This document shows positions 45,268 through 56,000 of a stretch of DNA of 64,000 nt, one piece after another. Within the stretch, counting starts at the first letter, position 1, and each line of letters begins with the position of its first letter. The position numbers were made by a program, and so were the translations under genes. Source of the stretch: a virus (taxonomy: Duplodnaviria > Caudoviricetes); the IMG/VR virus record IMGVR_UViG_3300021431_000102, positions 1-64,000 of that record. One strand, written 5' to 3'. The notes below the pieces were generated by a model. It was not told the DNA's origin and ran no database searches. It saw nothing but the letters and a program-made list of their open reading frames with translations.

Positions 45268-46965
45268 TTAATCTAAATACTCAACAATCATTGATGATGT
45301 TGCTTGATGACTTAAAGTAGCCGAACCACTATCATTTCTAATTTGATAATTGATAGCAGTATTAGCACTTACAGTAAAGATACCTTCTAAATACATTACT
45401 CCGTTTGTGAATGGTGACATTGTAGTTTGTGTATCTGTATTGTTTGTACCACTTACTCTTATCCAAGCGGTCATACCACCACCATTGACAACATTAGACC
45501 ATACGAACAGTTTACAAGTAACTCTTACAGTTCCTGCTCTACCGCAGATAACATTCCCATTGGAAATTGTAAAATCACTGCCTACTTGCTTGACCTGTAC
45601 CTTTGCAGGAATGCCTGTTGCGCTAACTGCTATTGAGTGTGAACCACTCCCTTTTGCCCATATAGCTGACCTTGTGGTATGGCCATAGAAGGTAGCCACG
45701 TTGTTTTGGTCTACCGATATAATCTCTTTATATGTATCACTCCGATTACTAACCCACAAACCACGCTTACCACTTGTTGTGCCTTCGGTATGTAAGTAAA
45801 TCTTGCCAGCTACACTATGTACACCATTATTAGCTGTCCGTGCCTTTGTGGTAGTTCCAGCATGAATATCGCCGCCATCTGCGTAAACATTACCGCCTAA
45901 ACTAACATAGCCTTCTGCTCTAATGTTACCATTTGCATCAACAGTAGCCTTACTGCCACTCAACCGAACTTTGTTATCAGAAGTACGACATATAATCCAT
46001 TTTCCGTCTGATGTCCATGTTTTTCCATCAGTTGAATAACCTGTACTATAAATACCATGTTGCGTATGGTTGTTAACGAACGTTAAACGTACTTGACCAT
46101 TATGAACTGAATCTTGTGCTACTATTCTTGAATTGGCACCACTACCGTTAGTTTGGATATATCCATTAGCATTTGTGTTACCATTTATTGTTGCATTGTT
46201 GTTTGTATCAATTACAATGGCATTTCCAGCAACACCAATACCACCTGTTCCTCGATAAATCAACCATTTTCCGTTGCTAGTCCATGATGAACCGTCTGTC
46301 GAATAGCCCGTACTATAAACACCATGGTCTGTATGGTTTACACCAAATGCCAAGTCAACTTCACCATTATGTACGGTGTCTATCGCACTTGCTCTTGCGT
46401 TCCAACCAGATGCTTTTATATGTAATACACCTGTCATGGTGTCGCCAGACTTCTTCACATAGGTATTACTAGCGTTCGTTTTCGTTTCGTATGTAGCGGC
46501 AGCATTTGTCTTTGTTTCGTATGTAGCACTGGCGTTTGCTTTCGTTTCATAGGTTGCACTGGCATTTGCTTTGGTTTCATATGTAGCAGCAGCATCGGCT
46601 TTTGTTAAATAATCTCTACTTACTTCTTTAACAATGTCTAAAGACTTATTACTTTCTAACCAACCTTGAGATATATTGTTACTCTGATATACTAAGTAAA
46701 CTTTATCTCCATATGTTTTAATTTGACCATTTTCCCAAACAGTACTTCGTAAACTAGTCATACCTGTTCTATTAGGATATTTATAATCTGTATGATTACT
46801 TAAATCTGTAGGGATAATAATACTAGCACTATTTGTATTAGGGTCAAATTCATTAACTATAACAGCCATACGGCTTACCAAATACTTTTCATTAACAACT
46901 TTATCTACAACTTTTTGACTAACTTGTTCAATTAAATTATTTAATTCTTTAGCTTCTCTTTTCAT
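45268..46965 (-). CDS. tail tip/fibre protein with 10-aa repeats
   Basis: (A/T)NASATYETK repeats, YVKKSGDTMTG, duplicated HG.YSTGYSTDG.WTS.GKW. Confidence 0.65.
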   Translation of the reverse strand: MKREAKELNNLIEQVSQKVVDKVVNEKYLVSRMAVIVNEFDPNTNSASIIIPTDLSNHTDYKYPNRTGMTSLRSTVWENGQIKTYGDKVYLVYQSNNISQGWLESNKSLDIVKEVSRDYLTKADAAATYETKANASATYETKANASATYETKTNAAATYETKTNASNTYVKKSGDTMTGVLHIKASGWNARASAIDTVHNGEVDLAFGVNHTDHGVYSTGYSTDGSSWTSNGKWLIYRGTGGIGVAGNAIVIDTNNNATINGNTNANGYIQTNGSGANSRIVAQDSVHNGQVRLTFVNNHTQHGIYSTGYSTDGKTWTSDGKWIICRTSDNKVRLSGSKATVDANGNIRAEGYVSLGGNVYADGGDIHAGTTTKARTANNGVHSVAGKIYLHTEGTTSGKRGLWVSNRSDTYKEIISVDQNNVATFYGHTTRSAIWAKGSGSHSIAVSATGIPAKVQVKQVGSDFTISNGNVICGRAGTVRVTCKLFVWSNVVNGGGMTAWIRVSGTNNTDTQTTMSPFTNGVMYLEGIFTVSANTAINYQIRNDSGSATLSHQATSSMIVEYLD

Positions 46966-46982
46966 TTAATTAACACCACCTT

Positions 46983-48134
46983 TTACAAGTATCTTGTAGT
47001 CTTAACTAAATCTAATGTAGCACTATTATCTACACCAATATTAAAATTAATACCACTTATTAAAAATCTTTCTGCATTACAACCTAAATAAGGGTCTGTA
47101 ACAGTGACTATTTCATTTTCCCTCATATGATATAAAGGAGTTGTAGTTAAACTAATTGTTGATTGCATACAAGCAACTTTCTTTAATTCATATCTTGCTC
47201 TCTCATCTGCTTGTTTCTGAGTATAAATGCCTGCAATATTATCTGTTACATTATATACTTTTCTAATAGCTCCATTGACTACACTATTAATATCAGTAAC
47301 ATCATTATTATCTAACATAGCAACTATTGGAGCATTAGAATTTTGTAAGTTGTCACTCACTACCAATACTGAATTATATATTTTACTTATTGGCAATGTT
47401 TTAGTAGCCCCAATATAATTAATATCGTTATAAGTATATTCATAAACAGGGCTTAATGTTTCATCATAATCAAAAGGTCTCATAGTAAAAATACCATTTT
47501 CATCATAATAAACATAACAAGATAAATTAGCAGCTACTTCCAGAAATACATCAGCAATAGTCTCGCCTGCACTATGTATAATATCATACGTAGTCATTGC
47601 ATTAAAAACACTAGCATCAATGTTTGGAGTAACATAATCTTTTACTATATCCAACTTCAAGCTATCATTAATAAATTTACCTACAGATGTTCCTGCTGGT
47701 ACTTGAAACGTAGCATCTAATATACCACCAACAGTACCATCTAACAATGACCACTTATCATTACCAGAAATACTTATTGTAGTGTTAGAACCCTCACTCC
47801 GTAAGGAAGGGTCTGAATATACAAACACTCCTTGAGGAAACCACATTTCTTCTCCATTTATTTTATATCCTAAACTAACCTTAAATCTTTGCCCTATACT
47901 TAAATATTTAAAATATTCTTGCCATTGATTCCTATAATTATTTAAAGTAAAGGAAGCACTTCTACGTGACCCATCCTGATTACTAATAGAAATGCTTCCA
48001 CTTCCGTCTTCAACACTACTTGTAATTTCACCAATAACAGCATCATCTTCTTTATGCAATAACTCAATTTTATAAATAGGTTCTCTAATTCTTTTAGTAG
48101 AAATATAATTAAAATATTTTTGCAAATCTTGCAT
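46983..48134 (-). CDS. baseplate hub/Tal-like tail protein
   Basis: GSISI..RRSASFTL, FPQGVF, YYDENG.F, IYNSVLV, ERFLI. Confidence 0.65.
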   Translation of the reverse strand: MQDLQKYFNYISTKRIREPIYKIELLHKEDDAVIGEITSSVEDGSGSISISNQDGSRRSASFTLNNYRNQWQEYFKYLSIGQRFKVSLGYKINGEEMWFPQGVFVYSDPSLRSEGSNTTISISGNDKWSLLDGTVGGILDATFQVPAGTSVGKFINDSLKLDIVKDYVTPNIDASVFNAMTTYDIIHSAGETIADVFLEVAANLSCYVYYDENGIFTMRPFDYDETLSPVYEYTYNDINYIGATKTLPISKIYNSVLVVSDNLQNSNAPIVAMLDNNDVTDINSVVNGAIRKVYNVTDNIAGIYTQKQADERARYELKKVACMQSTISLTTTPLYHMRENEIVTVTDPYLGCNAERFLISGINFNIGVDNSATLDLVKTTRYL

Positions 48135-48148
48135 AATATCACCGCCTA

Positions 48149-49072
48149 TTAATAAACAACATTAAAAGCAGAACTATCAATACCTGAATCTAATGTCCCT
48201 ATTTCATCAAAAGAAAAACTTGCATTTACTGGCTGAGCGCCAATGGCTTGATTCACTACACTATCATTATAGTCTTTAGTGAATACATACCATCCTTCAC
48301 CTTTTCTGGTTTTAAGTATTTTTGTTCGTGTATCATCTTTAACACAGTCTCTTAAATTTTGTAATAATTCTATAGAGTTATTAATATAATTATCACTATT
48401 AGCATATCTAACAAGAGCAGTTATTTGCCCAGACAGATATTGCAAATCACCTGTATGATATGTTTGATATTTATTATTAGTTCTAAAAGAAGAATAATCT
48501 GTATTTTGAGTTAATTCTCCTCCACTAAAATTAGTATCAAATTTGTATACTACATCATTAGTAACATCAATTAAGAAATACCCATAATAATTTAAAGAAA
48601 CAGAAGGAGTCTGCAAAGCAGAAGAAGTACCTTCTGTTCCATAAGCATATAATAAATAATAATAATCTCTGTTTAATAAAGCAGTATAATCCATATATTG
48701 AGGAACATCAGCATCAAAATTAGCTAATAATAAAGCTTCTTCTGTCTTATTGTCATATCTATATAAAGCCCATCCAGTAATATCACCTATTCCTTGAATA
48801 CTTCCGCCTTCTAAACCTTCTTGATTCATAGTTAAAAGATATGTGTATAATGTCCAATTGATATTTGAACTTACATAATTATCCAAATAATCTGTAGTCA
48901 TATCTGTCCATTGACCATCTACTTCAATTTGTTCTTGACCCCAAACATCCGTAATAATCATATCACTAGTACCACCAAAAGTAATAGAAGTAAAACCTGT
49001 TAATTGAGGGACATATTCAACTCCGCCTAATAAAACGGACGTACCTAAATTACTATTATATCCTAATATCAT
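48149..49072 (-). CDS. tail protein (Dit-like position)
   Basis: Position and size in the tail operon. Confidence 0.5.
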   Translation of the reverse strand: MILGYNSNLGTSVLLGGVEYVPQLTGFTSITFGGTSDMIITDVWGQEQIEVDGQWTDMTTDYLDNYVSSNINWTLYTYLLTMNQEGLEGGSIQGIGDITGWALYRYDNKTEEALLLANFDADVPQYMDYTALLNRDYYYLLYAYGTEGTSSALQTPSVSLNYYGYFLIDVTNDVVYKFDTNFSGGELTQNTDYSSFRTNNKYQTYHTGDLQYLSGQITALVRYANSDNYINNSIELLQNLRDCVKDDTRTKILKTRKGEGWYVFTKDYNDSVVNQAIGAQPVNASFSFDEIGTLDSGIDSSAFNVVY

Positions 49073-49090
49073 AAATTAATTACCTCCATT

Positions 49091-52000
49091 TTATTTATAA
49101 GAAGAACTCTGTACCTCTAGCATAAATGGGTTACCGCTATTGTCTTGTAATATATTGGTTACTACATCATAAGAGTAAGCATTTTCTAAAGCGTTTAACT
49201 GATTTATTAAAGGTGTGTAGGTGATTTCGGTGTTGATTGGTGTGGCTATTCTGTAAACTAATTCAGCCCCACTTATTGAACTTTGGAATGTCCGTGCGTC
49301 TGTGTATGATTCATCTTCAATGTTGATACCATTTACATACGCATAAAAGATTTGCGCAGTTTTATCTGTCTTACCGCTCCAAGTGGTAATTGGATATTTA
49401 GAGCAATACGCATCTGCTCTTACTGTGTTTGTGTGTGTTGGTGGTGCTGGATTTAGTCCTGTATAGAATACTCTTCCAGTGGTGTTGTATATCCATGTTG
49501 AACTTCCTAAATCCACCTTGTTAAACTCTTTATGAACATACCACTTATCCCCACTCTTATAAAAGTAGTCTTGATAGTCACCTATCTTGTTTAGTTCAAT
49601 AGGTGTTGTTCCGTATGGGGTATAGGTGTTAGCAACTGAGCCTTTTTCTAGTTGTAATGGTAAAATCTTTCCGCCAAAGTCACCTTGACCGCTATAAACA
49701 TATAGCCTTAACGCTATCGTGTCGGTGCTTTCTACTGTAAAGGTGTAGGCAGTTGCCGTTCTGTAATACTGAATAACTGAGCCGTTTTTATATACTAACA
49801 TTTGGTAGGTGCTTGTACTTGCTCCGCTATCCATACCAAACAAGGTATAAGTTCCACTTGGTAAAGTTCCGTTATATAAAATCGTAAACGTGCTTGACTG
49901 TGTTGAGCCAGTTAACTCAATGCCTTTAGCAGTTTCTTTAAAAGTTACACCGCCTACTGTGGTTTCACCATTAGCAACATGAAGTAAGTTCTCAACTGGT
50001 AAATTAACAGGATAACTCTGCTCTTTGTATGGCTCGTATGTTGTTTGCGTTGTGCCGTGTTCTAACTGAATATTGAAATATACGTCATACGTTTCGCCAC
50101 TTGTAATATTAAAACCTATGTAATATTCGCCACTTTCTGTGACTGTCACTGTGGTTGAGGTTGTTGTTCCTACAAAGCCAAAAGCCGTACCGATTATTGT
50201 GTGGCTTGAATTATGCAAATATCCGTATAAAGTCCCTATTGTCCCCGTTATGTTTTGAGCCGATATTGTGTAAGTTCCCCGTGTTAGAAATGTTTTCAAT
50301 AACGCTAACGTTGTTCTTCCACCACTTGCCGTTGCTGCCGTGCCGTGTATTCTAAACTTTGTAGCATTATAATCAAGTGTAACTTCACTAAAAGTTATAC
50401 TCGATAAATTATCTCTCAATGATAAATCTTGCAAGTTCTTCCCTACAACCTTAACCTCATTATCCCCTCTAACGTTCTGAATAGGTTGAGGGTTAGTTGG
50501 TGATATATGAGGTTCGTATGAGGTGGCTTCTGAGCCTTTTTCTAATTGAACATAACAACTAACATTTACTACATCACCAGTATACCCTGTATTAAAATAA
50601 ACTCTTACACCTTTAGCCGTTGAAAGCGTAAAAGTTGACTTGCCATCAACAGAGCCTCTTACAATAGTTGCAAGGATAGTTGAGCCATCATAAATTTTTA
50701 AATCAATGCCTGTCATTGTACCTTTTATACTTAAGGTATAAGTGCCTGCTTGAAGTGTAAAAGTACTTTCTTGTGCCAATATAAGGTTTGTTCCTGATGT
50801 AGTTGTCCCACTTCCCGTAATTTTACCTAAACTATCAGTTGTCCATGTGACACCTTGATATGTCCCATCTGCTTGATAATATGGACGTGGTATAAGGTTT
50901 TTCCCACTACTACCCTCTTGGGTTGTGTTGCCTTGTAGTGTAATGTCTAAAGGCTCATGATAAACAGTGCCATCAATATTAATTGTAGTACCAGAAGCAG
51001 ATGTTTCGGTTAATGCTCCAGAAGCATCTGCATATTCTCTAATATATATTTCCCCTTCAGCATATCCAATTAAATATACTTTACTATTATCTAATAAATT
51101 AACATCAGTATTAACAATTGTATTTACTGTAGAGCCTAAAGCTTTTGTGGTAATTGAAAAAGTAAATACACCATTACCAGCAATTACATCATATCTTAAT
51201 ACTGCACTTTCAGTGTCACCGTCTAATGATACAATTGTACCATTAAATCCAGCAGAAGGCTGGAATAAAAATGTTGGGAAACTATTTTCAGGAATATTAA
51301 CATCATATGTAACACTATTATTCTGATTAATTAATGCACCATAATTCCCAGCATATAAATAATCTTTAATTTGCCCAACACCACCGTCTTGAGATTCACC
51401 TTTTATTGCAACAGCATTATCCCATTGTACTGATACTGAACTATCACAATTATTAACAATAGCACTAGGAGAATAAGAAGTAAAAGCAACTTCATATCCA
51501 ACATCAAATAATAAAGAGCCTGTATATTCAAATCCTATACTGTCTACAAGATTAAATTCAACCATATATCTGCCAAAATTACTACTATCTTTTGCTCCTA
51601 AATTTGAAGCAAAACTTAAAAGTAAATGTTCAAATTCATATTTAACATTACCATTATATTGTATTCCACTTTTTTCAATAATGTTTTTACTTTTAATATT
51701 ATTAGTGTCATCAAACTTTACACTATATAAAATTGCCTCCCAACTAGTAATCATTGGGATATTATTTTCATCAGCCCAACCAACTGTAAATGTCTTATTA
51801 TTTTGTAATACTTCAGACAAATAAACATTATTATATCCTGAATCTAATAAAGTTAAATATGTAGAGTTATTACCAAGAGCAGCCTGTCTATTTGTAAATA
51901 ACGAAAGCGTATTAGGATTATTCTCCCACACTCTAATATAATATGTTTTATTATCTGTTCCATTAGTAGCAGTCAATTGTTGTCCTGTAAATAAAGTATT

Positions 52001-53026
52001 AGCAGAAGAATATGTATAGATGTTATTATCACTTAACGTTAAAGTTACTCCTCTATTTGTTCCATATACATCGTCTAAATCAAACACAACAGAGTTAGCA
52101 ATTAAAGGTGTAAACTGTACAATTTGAGAATTTTCAAATGCTTGTATAGTATATGTAGAACCATTAGTTAAAGAGACTATAGCTTCTTCTACACCTTGTA
52201 ATGATGCTTCTTTTGTAGTATATAAAGTTATTACATTACCACCAACAACCCCAACATAAAAAGTATTAGAATTTGTTACAATAACAGCGTTAACATAAAA
52301 AGTCTTATTAGCAACTGCTGTGGTAATTATACCAGTTGTACCGCCTGCCTGTGCATGAGCTAATGTATCATACACTTTTATATAATATCCAATAGGATTA
52401 GAAGCACCCTCATTAACCTTATATATATAATAAGCAGTACTTGATTTACTTTCTTGTATTTTATCACCAGTAGTAAGATTAATATATACCGCCTCAGATA
52501 CAGAGAATGTATTATTAATATCTGTTCCTTCAGCATCTGTTCCTGTATTCACAGCACCTAAAGATAATTTAGAATCATAGCTTCCAATATAATTAAAATA
52601 ATATGGTGTAGTAGTTCCAGAACCTGTATAAACAGCTACTGTATCACCACTTTCAAATCCTCTAACAGAAGGAACCATTCTATTATTAGCAGTAGCATTT
52701 TGTGTAGAAGGAATACCATATACTGTTACGCCCCAACCTAACACGCTATTAGCATTATTAACTATATTATTCTGAACGTTTGTATTACTATTACTGTTAA
52801 ACTCTATTTTCTGATTATTATAATAAGGGGCATTGCCAGAAGCAAAATCAAAACTATTCCCTAATTTAGTCCACTCACCTATATTGCTATTCTGATATAG
52901 TTGGCCAACAGCATTATTCATCTGGTAACCTTTAAATGTAAAAGAAAAATTTACGCCATTAGTTACGTCTACACTTTCATTCTTTGGAGACATATATAAG
53001 GCATTAGGTCTATATACTAAAGCCAT
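49091..53026 (-). CDS. large mosaic tail protein with C-terminal carbohydrate-binding-like repeats
   Basis: 1311 aa directly after TMP; three (G/E)xNL...YEP(Y/H)/YTPY modules. Confidence 0.7.
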   Translation of the reverse strand: MALVYRPNALYMSPKNESVDVTNGVNFSFTFKGYQMNNAVGQLYQNSNIGEWTKLGNSFDFASGNAPYYNNQKIEFNSNSNTNVQNNIVNNANSVLGWGVTVYGIPSTQNATANNRMVPSVRGFESGDTVAVYTGSGTTTPYYFNYIGSYDSKLSLGAVNTGTDAEGTDINNTFSVSEAVYINLTTGDKIQESKSSTAYYIYKVNEGASNPIGYYIKVYDTLAHAQAGGTTGIITTAVANKTFYVNAVIVTNSNTFYVGVVGGNVITLYTTKEASLQGVEEAIVSLTNGSTYTIQAFENSQIVQFTPLIANSVVFDLDDVYGTNRGVTLTLSDNNIYTYSSANTLFTGQQLTATNGTDNKTYYIRVWENNPNTLSLFTNRQAALGNNSTYLTLLDSGYNNVYLSEVLQNNKTFTVGWADENNIPMITSWEAILYSVKFDDTNNIKSKNIIEKSGIQYNGNVKYEFEHLLLSFASNLGAKDSSNFGRYMVEFNLVDSIGFEYTGSLLFDVGYEVAFTSYSPSAIVNNCDSSVSVQWDNAVAIKGESQDGGVGQIKDYLYAGNYGALINQNNSVTYDVNIPENSFPTFLFQPSAGFNGTIVSLDGDTESAVLRYDVIAGNGVFTFSITTKALGSTVNTIVNTDVNLLDNSKVYLIGYAEGEIYIREYADASGALTETSASGTTINIDGTVYHEPLDITLQGNTTQEGSSGKNLIPRPYYQADGTYQGVTWTTDSLGKITGSGTTTSGTNLILAQESTFTLQAGTYTLSIKGTMTGIDLKIYDGSTILATIVRGSVDGKSTFTLSTAKGVRVYFNTGYTGDVVNVSCYVQLEKGSEATSYEPHISPTNPQPIQNVRGDNEVKVVGKNLQDLSLRDNLSSITFSEVTLDYNATKFRIHGTAATASGGRTTLALLKTFLTRGTYTISAQNITGTIGTLYGYLHNSSHTIIGTAFGFVGTTTSTTVTVTESGEYYIGFNITSGETYDVYFNIQLEHGTTQTTYEPYKEQSYPVNLPVENLLHVANGETTVGGVTFKETAKGIELTGSTQSSTFTILYNGTLPSGTYTLFGMDSGASTSTYQMLVYKNGSVIQYYRTATAYTFTVESTDTIALRLYVYSGQGDFGGKILPLQLEKGSVANTYTPYGTTPIELNKIGDYQDYFYKSGDKWYVHKEFNKVDLGSSTWIYNTTGRVFYTGLNPAPPTHTNTVRADAYCSKYPITTWSGKTDKTAQIFYAYVNGINIEDESYTDARTFQSSISGAELVYRIATPINTEITYTPLINQLNALENAYSYDVVTNILQDNSGNPFMLEVQSSSYK

Positions 53027-53056
53027 TTTATCACCCTTTCTATTTTTCTTATATGT

Positions 53057-53082
53057 TAAGGGGAGTATTTAAACTCCCCTTA
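53057..53082. other. hairpin between TMP and the next tail gene
   Basis: TAAGGGGAGT-atttaa-ACTCCCCTTA; no U-tract on the coding strand. Confidence 0.6.
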
Positions 53083-53089
53083 TTTAATA

Positions 53090-56000
53090 TTAACCAACAA
53101 CAGCTAACTGTCTTGCCTGTAACAATAATCCTCTTAATGTATCATTACTGTCTGCCTGAATAGTTAAATTCGCTACATAAACAGAACTACTGCTTGCACC
53201 TGCATTATTATTATTTATAACACTAGGTTTTTGTTGACCTAATCTATACAACAAATTAGCCTGTTGTCTACCATTTAAAATAACTTCTGGACTACTAGGA
53301 GTGCCATGAACTTTTACTCTATTACTTAACATACCAGTATTCATTAATAATCCAGAATCTACAACACCGCCGTTAGCGTAACTATTAACAGGAGTGTTGC
53401 TCTTACCTGTACCCCAATTAGCCAACAACTGATTAGTAACATTAATAGTACCTTCTAACTTATCAATAGAAGCTTGAACCTTATCAATTTCTGCTTGCTG
53501 AGCTGTGACAAAATCTAAATATGCATCACGCATTTCTGTAATCATGTCATCTCTCTGAGTATAATCCCCACCCTTAAAGCTTTCTAACCATGCCTTAACG
53601 CCTTCAGATTCTAATACAGATTCTGTAGTCTTAAGCATGTCATTAACTTTAGTTAACAAATCTTTAAGTTGGTCAATTTGTTCTTCATTAGAGAGGACAC
53701 TCTTTCTATTAGCAGCCCATTCATTCCTCAGCTCTGCCTCCATTGCCCGACGCTCTTCTTCAGAAGCTGCTTTATAAGCCTCAACCCAAGCTAAAACATC
53801 TTCATCATTAAGATATTTATCCAACATTCTTTCAACATCATCTTCGATATTTGATAATGAATCAGATTGTTTCTCAAGTTCGTCGATTTGTTTTTCAAAG
53901 CTTTCACTTATAGCATCCTTTTGTTCTTTAAGGACGTCAATCTCTGCGTTCCAGTCTTCTTCTTGCTTGTCAGCATCTTCTTTTGTTTTGTCAAGTAATT
54001 CTTTTAAAGATTCTTTCTGTTCCTTTAAGGCGTCTATTTGTGCTTGGATAGCATCTTTTTCTGCCTGAACTTGAGCATCAGCTTGAATCTTTGCCAACTC
54101 TTCCTGAAGCTTTTCATAATTCCGTTGTGCAGATGTATATTCGCCATAAGCAGCATTAACAGCGCCTTGGTCGGCAGTATAAACCCAGCCACGCTCCGCA
54201 TCATAAGTCCTGACTGTCTTACTTCTCTTAGCAGCCTCATAAGCGTCTTTAGCTTTTTCAGCGGCAAGACGAGCCTTTTCAATATCCAACAGTCTCTGTT
54301 GCATATCTACTTCATCTTCTCTGGCCTTATTAGCTTCTTCAATAGCCTTAATTTGGTCTTCTAATGCTTGAACCTCTACATCAATACTATCTTGCTGTGC
54401 CTTATTTTGTTTTTCATATTCTTTAGTAGATTCTTTTAAAGCATCTATTTTATCCTTTAAAGCTTGTTGTTCTGCTTCATTAGCCTCTTCAGCAGCCTTT
54501 TGTTGCTCTTTTAACTTATCAATACCACTATCATAATATTCTTCAATAAGTTTTATGCGAGCATTATAATATTTAACACCTTCATCTAATGTATCGTTCT
54601 CTTCTTCCAGAGCATCAATCTCAGCCTCAATAATATCTTTCATAGCTGCCTGAACTTTTTGATAGACATCTGTAGTATCAGACATTTGTTTCTGTAAAGC
54701 TGACAATAAATTCTTTAATTTATTAAGTTCTTCATTAAGTTGCTTAGTAGCCTCAGCTGCTTTAGAAGTATTAGCAGCTGCCCTAGAAGTACTAGCAGCT
54801 GCTTTAGAAGTACTAGCAGCTGCATTGCGCATCAAAGACTCTAAATCTATTTTATCAAGAGCTTCAATTTGTCCTTTTAAATTATTAATATAACTTTCCT
54901 GATTAGCTATAGCAACTGTTAATTGGTCGATATTAGTTTGATATTTCTGAATATCGCCCATATACCGTTGAGCTTCAACTATCACGCCTTTTTCAGCCAT
55001 AATTTGAGCTTGTTTAACAGCAGTATATTTTCTAGTACTTTCTATCTTTTTATTATTAGCATTAATAACAGCTTTAGCATTTGCTAAGGCTTGCTTTGTA
55101 GCAGCAAGTTCTAGCTTTTCCATAGCAACAGTTTGTTCTGTCTCTGCTATTTTTGCTTTTAAAGTAGATTTTAATGTTTCAATTTGAGCTTTTGCTTTTT
55201 GTAGAACAAGTTCTTTACTAATTTTTAATTCTCCATTTTCTACAACTAATACATCTGCATATTTATCCCAGTTATCTAATATATTCAACAACTGAGATGA
55301 AGATAATGTACCCGTTGCTTGTTCATATAAATCAGCATACTCTTGTAATCCTCTACTAACAGCATATATTTCTGTATATTGTTGTTGCCACAATTCAATA
55401 TTTTCTTTATTAAGTTGATGTATTCGGTCAACAAAACTATCAATTGGCTGGCCAAAATAATTAACCATGTCATCAACATTAACACTTCCAATACCTTCAA
55501 ATATCTTATGCCAATCTAATTCACCTGAAACAGTATCAATAGCATCTTCAAAAACAAGTCGCAAATAATCTTCAACAGATTCTTGAGTAATACCAAGAGT
55601 AACATCTTCTTTTAAATCTCGTTCATATTCTTTTAAAGATTCTTTTAAGCTATCTAACTGAGCAATAGCCCTTTGAACATTCTCGTCTGTACTATCTCTA
55701 AGACCATCAAAGAAATTATAAACATCACCCTCAATAACATCTAAAACTTCAGCATAATTTTCCTCTGTGACTACAAATCTATTAGATACTTCGTCAAAGA
55801 ACTTCAAAATATCTTTTTCTTTATACTCAATATCTACACCGCTGGTTTTGTCCTCAAACTTTAAATATCCAGTACCATAACCAGCATATTGGAACCTAGC
55901 CTCTACCAGTTCTAAATATTTTTTCTTGGCAGCTTCTGCTCTTTTTTCTGTCCTATATAATTCTAAATTAAGTTCTTCAAGTTGTTTTGTCTGAGCAATT

